A DNA stretch of 64,000 nucleotides, taken from the NCBI GenBank assembly GCA_973895155.1, contig OZ316893.1, forward strand, positions 19,844,857 through 19,908,856. The letters run 5' to 3'. The notes under the pieces are model-generated. The model searched no databases. It was not told the DNA's origin and was given only the letters and a program-made list of their open reading frames with translations. Of the stretch, positions 61,053 to 64,000 are shown piece by piece (within the stretch, counting starts at the first letter, position 1; every line of letters starts with the position of its first letter). A program made the translations under genes and the position numbers. This DNA is from Marsupella aquatica. Taxonomy: Eukaryota; Plantae; Marchantiophyta.

Positions 61053-62431
61053 TTCTTGAGCTTCGTTTGCTGGAAGATCCGGCCCATCCGGAAGTGGTCG
61101 ATCAACGAAGGGTTGCTCCTGAAAGGGATTCTGATATCTCAGTTCGGTGAATCAAAAATGTGTAGCCTCACAGAACGTTAAACAATGTTTCTGTATAAAG
61201 ATTAGATCGATCTAGAAACACTGGGTCAACCGATGGGATTCATAAGAAATAAACCCTAGACCCTAATGTTAAATACACCCCATGAATTTACTACGTAAAT
61301 CCCAAACAAGCCGCTGAGCCATAGCAGCTGAGCCATTGATGCAGTAGGTTTATGTACTTTCAGATTCTAGATTCTCACACGTCATCAGAGTATGGTGATT
61401 ATAGTGATTTTTCGGAGAATATAATAAAACGTCTGGAGTATTTAATATTTCCTATGAAACAAAATCTCTGGGTTCGCTGAAAAATGTGTCCATCCACATA
61501 AACGAAAATATTTTGTACTTTCTGAAAAGAAAATTAGATGTGCTCATAATGTCTCTCTCAGTTCGAGAATCATGTATCCACAGGAATGTAAATATTTTGT
61601 GCTTTCTGAAAGAAAATTAGACGCGCGCCTTAGCTATAGAGATCTCTCGGTTCGTTGAAACATGTTGTCCAGTGGAATGCAATTTGTGCTTTCTGAGAAA
61701 GAAATTCGATGTGCTCGTATCAAAGACGTAATTGCAAACGCCGACGTAGCAGGAAGGTGTGTGAACTCCAGACTGCTCTCTTTTAGTGTTTAAGTAGCGA
61801 AATATCTTGAGACTGATATATGCTTTGTTTTGTTATAGTAGCCTTTTCTCTCTGCTAGCGTGAGCAAAAGAGCTAGACTAGACCAGATGGTAGAAGCTGG
61901 TCTCGTTGCCAACATCACCGGCACCAAAGTGAAGGTGGGACACTGTCAGCAGAAGTGCAGCAGAGAGAATTTCAGGAGCGCTGGAGTTTGGATCGAGAGA
62001 ATGACGCTCTTTTTGGAGATCAAACAGCCCCGCCTCCGGCCCCCATTGGGGAGTCTAGCGAGGTGGTGAGGAGCCCCCGCACCCAGGTTAATGAAGGTCC
62101 AACAAGTTTACTCACCCGTCTCTCTTTTCATACTCACCAAACACTCTCACTAGTGAAAGAGATGAGTGCATTTCAGTTGAGATCAGTCACCAGATCTGAG
62201 TATTCAATTGGAACCGAGAGTGCCTATTGTAGTTGGCGAGATGTGGAAACAGGTTAGACTAGAACCCCAAAGAGTCATCTGCCCAGACATTATCATACTT
62301 AATTCTGCCCGGAAAAAAAATTATGTGGCAAAACTTTTTGGACAGAAGCTTATGAAAATGGTGACACCTAGTATAAAAGGTTACAAACAGGTAATTTTTC
62401 TTCCTGACAATAATTAAGTCAGGGTGGGCAG

Positions 62432-63560
62432 ACTGGGGCAAGGTGAGGGTTCACAAACTGCCCGCTGCTGGCTGGTCCTCTAACTTGTCGCTGAACAGGC
62501 CGGCCCAACTGGGGCAAGGTGGGGGTTCACAAACTGGGCCTGCTGGCTGGTCCTCTAACTTGTCGCTGAACAGGCCGGCCCAATAGCTGATGGGTGGGAC
62601 TTCTCTGAGAGCAACAGTAGTAGGTACTTAGGATGGACACATCTTTTAAGGGACCCCATTTGTACTGGGAGTGGACCTGTAGATATTTTAATAATAATGG
62701 ATCCTAAAAATTAAATCCCCAAAGGACCTACAACCAGTTTAGAGGAAATTTGTTTTGTCTATCTTTGTAATACATGATTGTGTTAGAGTAAATTTGTCCT
62801 CATAACAGGAAAGTTCACCAATAAGCCTTATTGTCTTGTCTGTGAGTCACTGAGCAGTTTGGTACTCATAACAGGAAAAACGCACCAATAAGCCTCATTG
62901 TCTTGTCTGTGAGTCACTGAGCCACTGGACAGGGCACCAGACTTGATGTACATGAACCTCTCTGAATTTGCACATGTTCTAAGTACTATTTCACATTATA
63001 AATTATTGTTTTCTTGTGCTGTGCACTCTGATCAAGCTAAGGCATATTATAATTACAGTTCTATGTTTAATATCCGCAATAGAATATGTCATGGTGCAAA
63101 AAATATTGTGGAGGAAAAGACATTGTGTAAAAGAAGTGGTACCTTAGGTCAAAGATGTCAATATATAAAAGATGGAGATACACAACTAATGAATAGTGTA
63201 CTTGCTACACATAACAAATACCATACTTGCCTGGGAGGGAACGGGAGGAGTAATCACTGGCCCAGATAGTTCACTTTTTGTGGGGTTTCACATATTTATT
63301 TCATTTTAAAGGAGGAGTAATCGATAGTTCACTTTCTGTGGGGTTTCACATATTATTTCAGGTTAAAGGAAGAGGGTTCACTTTCTGTGGGGTTTCACAT
63401 ATTATTTTCATTTTAAAGGAGCAATCACCTAAGAGGTGGGTTTTAAGGAGACTGGTTTCACATATTTATTTCATTTTAAAGGAAGAGAGTTCAGTTTCTG
63501 TGGGGTTTCACATATTATTTCATTTTAAAGGAGTAATCACCTAAGAGGTGGGTTTCAAGG
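62432..63560. repeat. Cluster of short tandem duplications
   Basis: 77-bp x2 at 62432-62583; ~57-bp core x2 at 62799-62921; degenerate GTTCACTTTCTGTGGGGTTTCACATATTATTTCATTTTAAAGGA array at 63245-63560. Confidence 0.8.
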
Positions 63561-64000
63561 AGACTAATCCTTGGAAGTACATTTATGGCATTCAGACTGT
63601 CTGGCGTTGCGGCCATATTATTGTTGCATCCTTGCGGGAATGTGGCCATGGTGTCTTTGGAGTGAGCATGCAAGGGAGTGAGGCAAATGGCAGCAGCTGG
63701 CAGTTTTGCACAGTCCAAACAAAACAGCACAATTAGAGGGAGGTTTTTCCTATAAATTGTTTCTCTTGTTTTCTTTTTTGGTTCTTTTCTAAATGATGTG
63801 GAGCTAAAGTGTTGTGAACCATAAGTGATGGCCACGCGATCAGACTCGGGAGGGAGTGTCCACAACTTGACCTCGCAACTGGATTTGAGAGTGTGTGAGT
63901 TCCAGGGAGAGTGACATGTTGGGTATTAAAAACCAGGAATTAGGCACCTTTTTGTCCATATCATGGTTATGAAAGATGACACCATAATCCAACTGCCATG

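Overview
Eukaryotic nuclear DNA from a land plant. A bryophyte/non-seed lineage is inferred from the CRE-clade retrotransposon and the long CpG-rich gene leaders; this is not proven. Four intron-containing host genes could be assembled exon by exon with GT-AG borders and consistent phases: a Bet v1/MLP (SRPBCC)-like gene (+, 20699-21403), a DUF1218 membrane protein (-, 35210-36580), the chloroplast SRP receptor cpFtsY (-, 45576-49497, 11 exons) and a TPD1-like secreted Cys-rich protein (+, 60354-61052). The remainder is CpG-depleted transposon debris and minisatellites: two Mutator-like foldback elements, a Copia-type solo LTR with a perfect TSD, a G-rich putative solo LTR, orphan CACTA termini, an RT-less CRE-clade endonuclease ORF plus a second 3' fragment, and decayed pseudogenes. 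The best leads are (i) an ORF-less, hairpin-dense island at ~10.0-11.3 kb with mutually exclusive pairings and motifs that recur at ~26.2-26.4 kb, (ii) two 833-bp direct repeats bracketing cpFtsY that carry a covarying hairpin, and (iii) the CACTA/CACTA/CRE-endonuclease composite at 40.7-42.9 kb. No rRNA, tRNA or CRISPR array is supported, and no novel system can be claimed from sequence alone.
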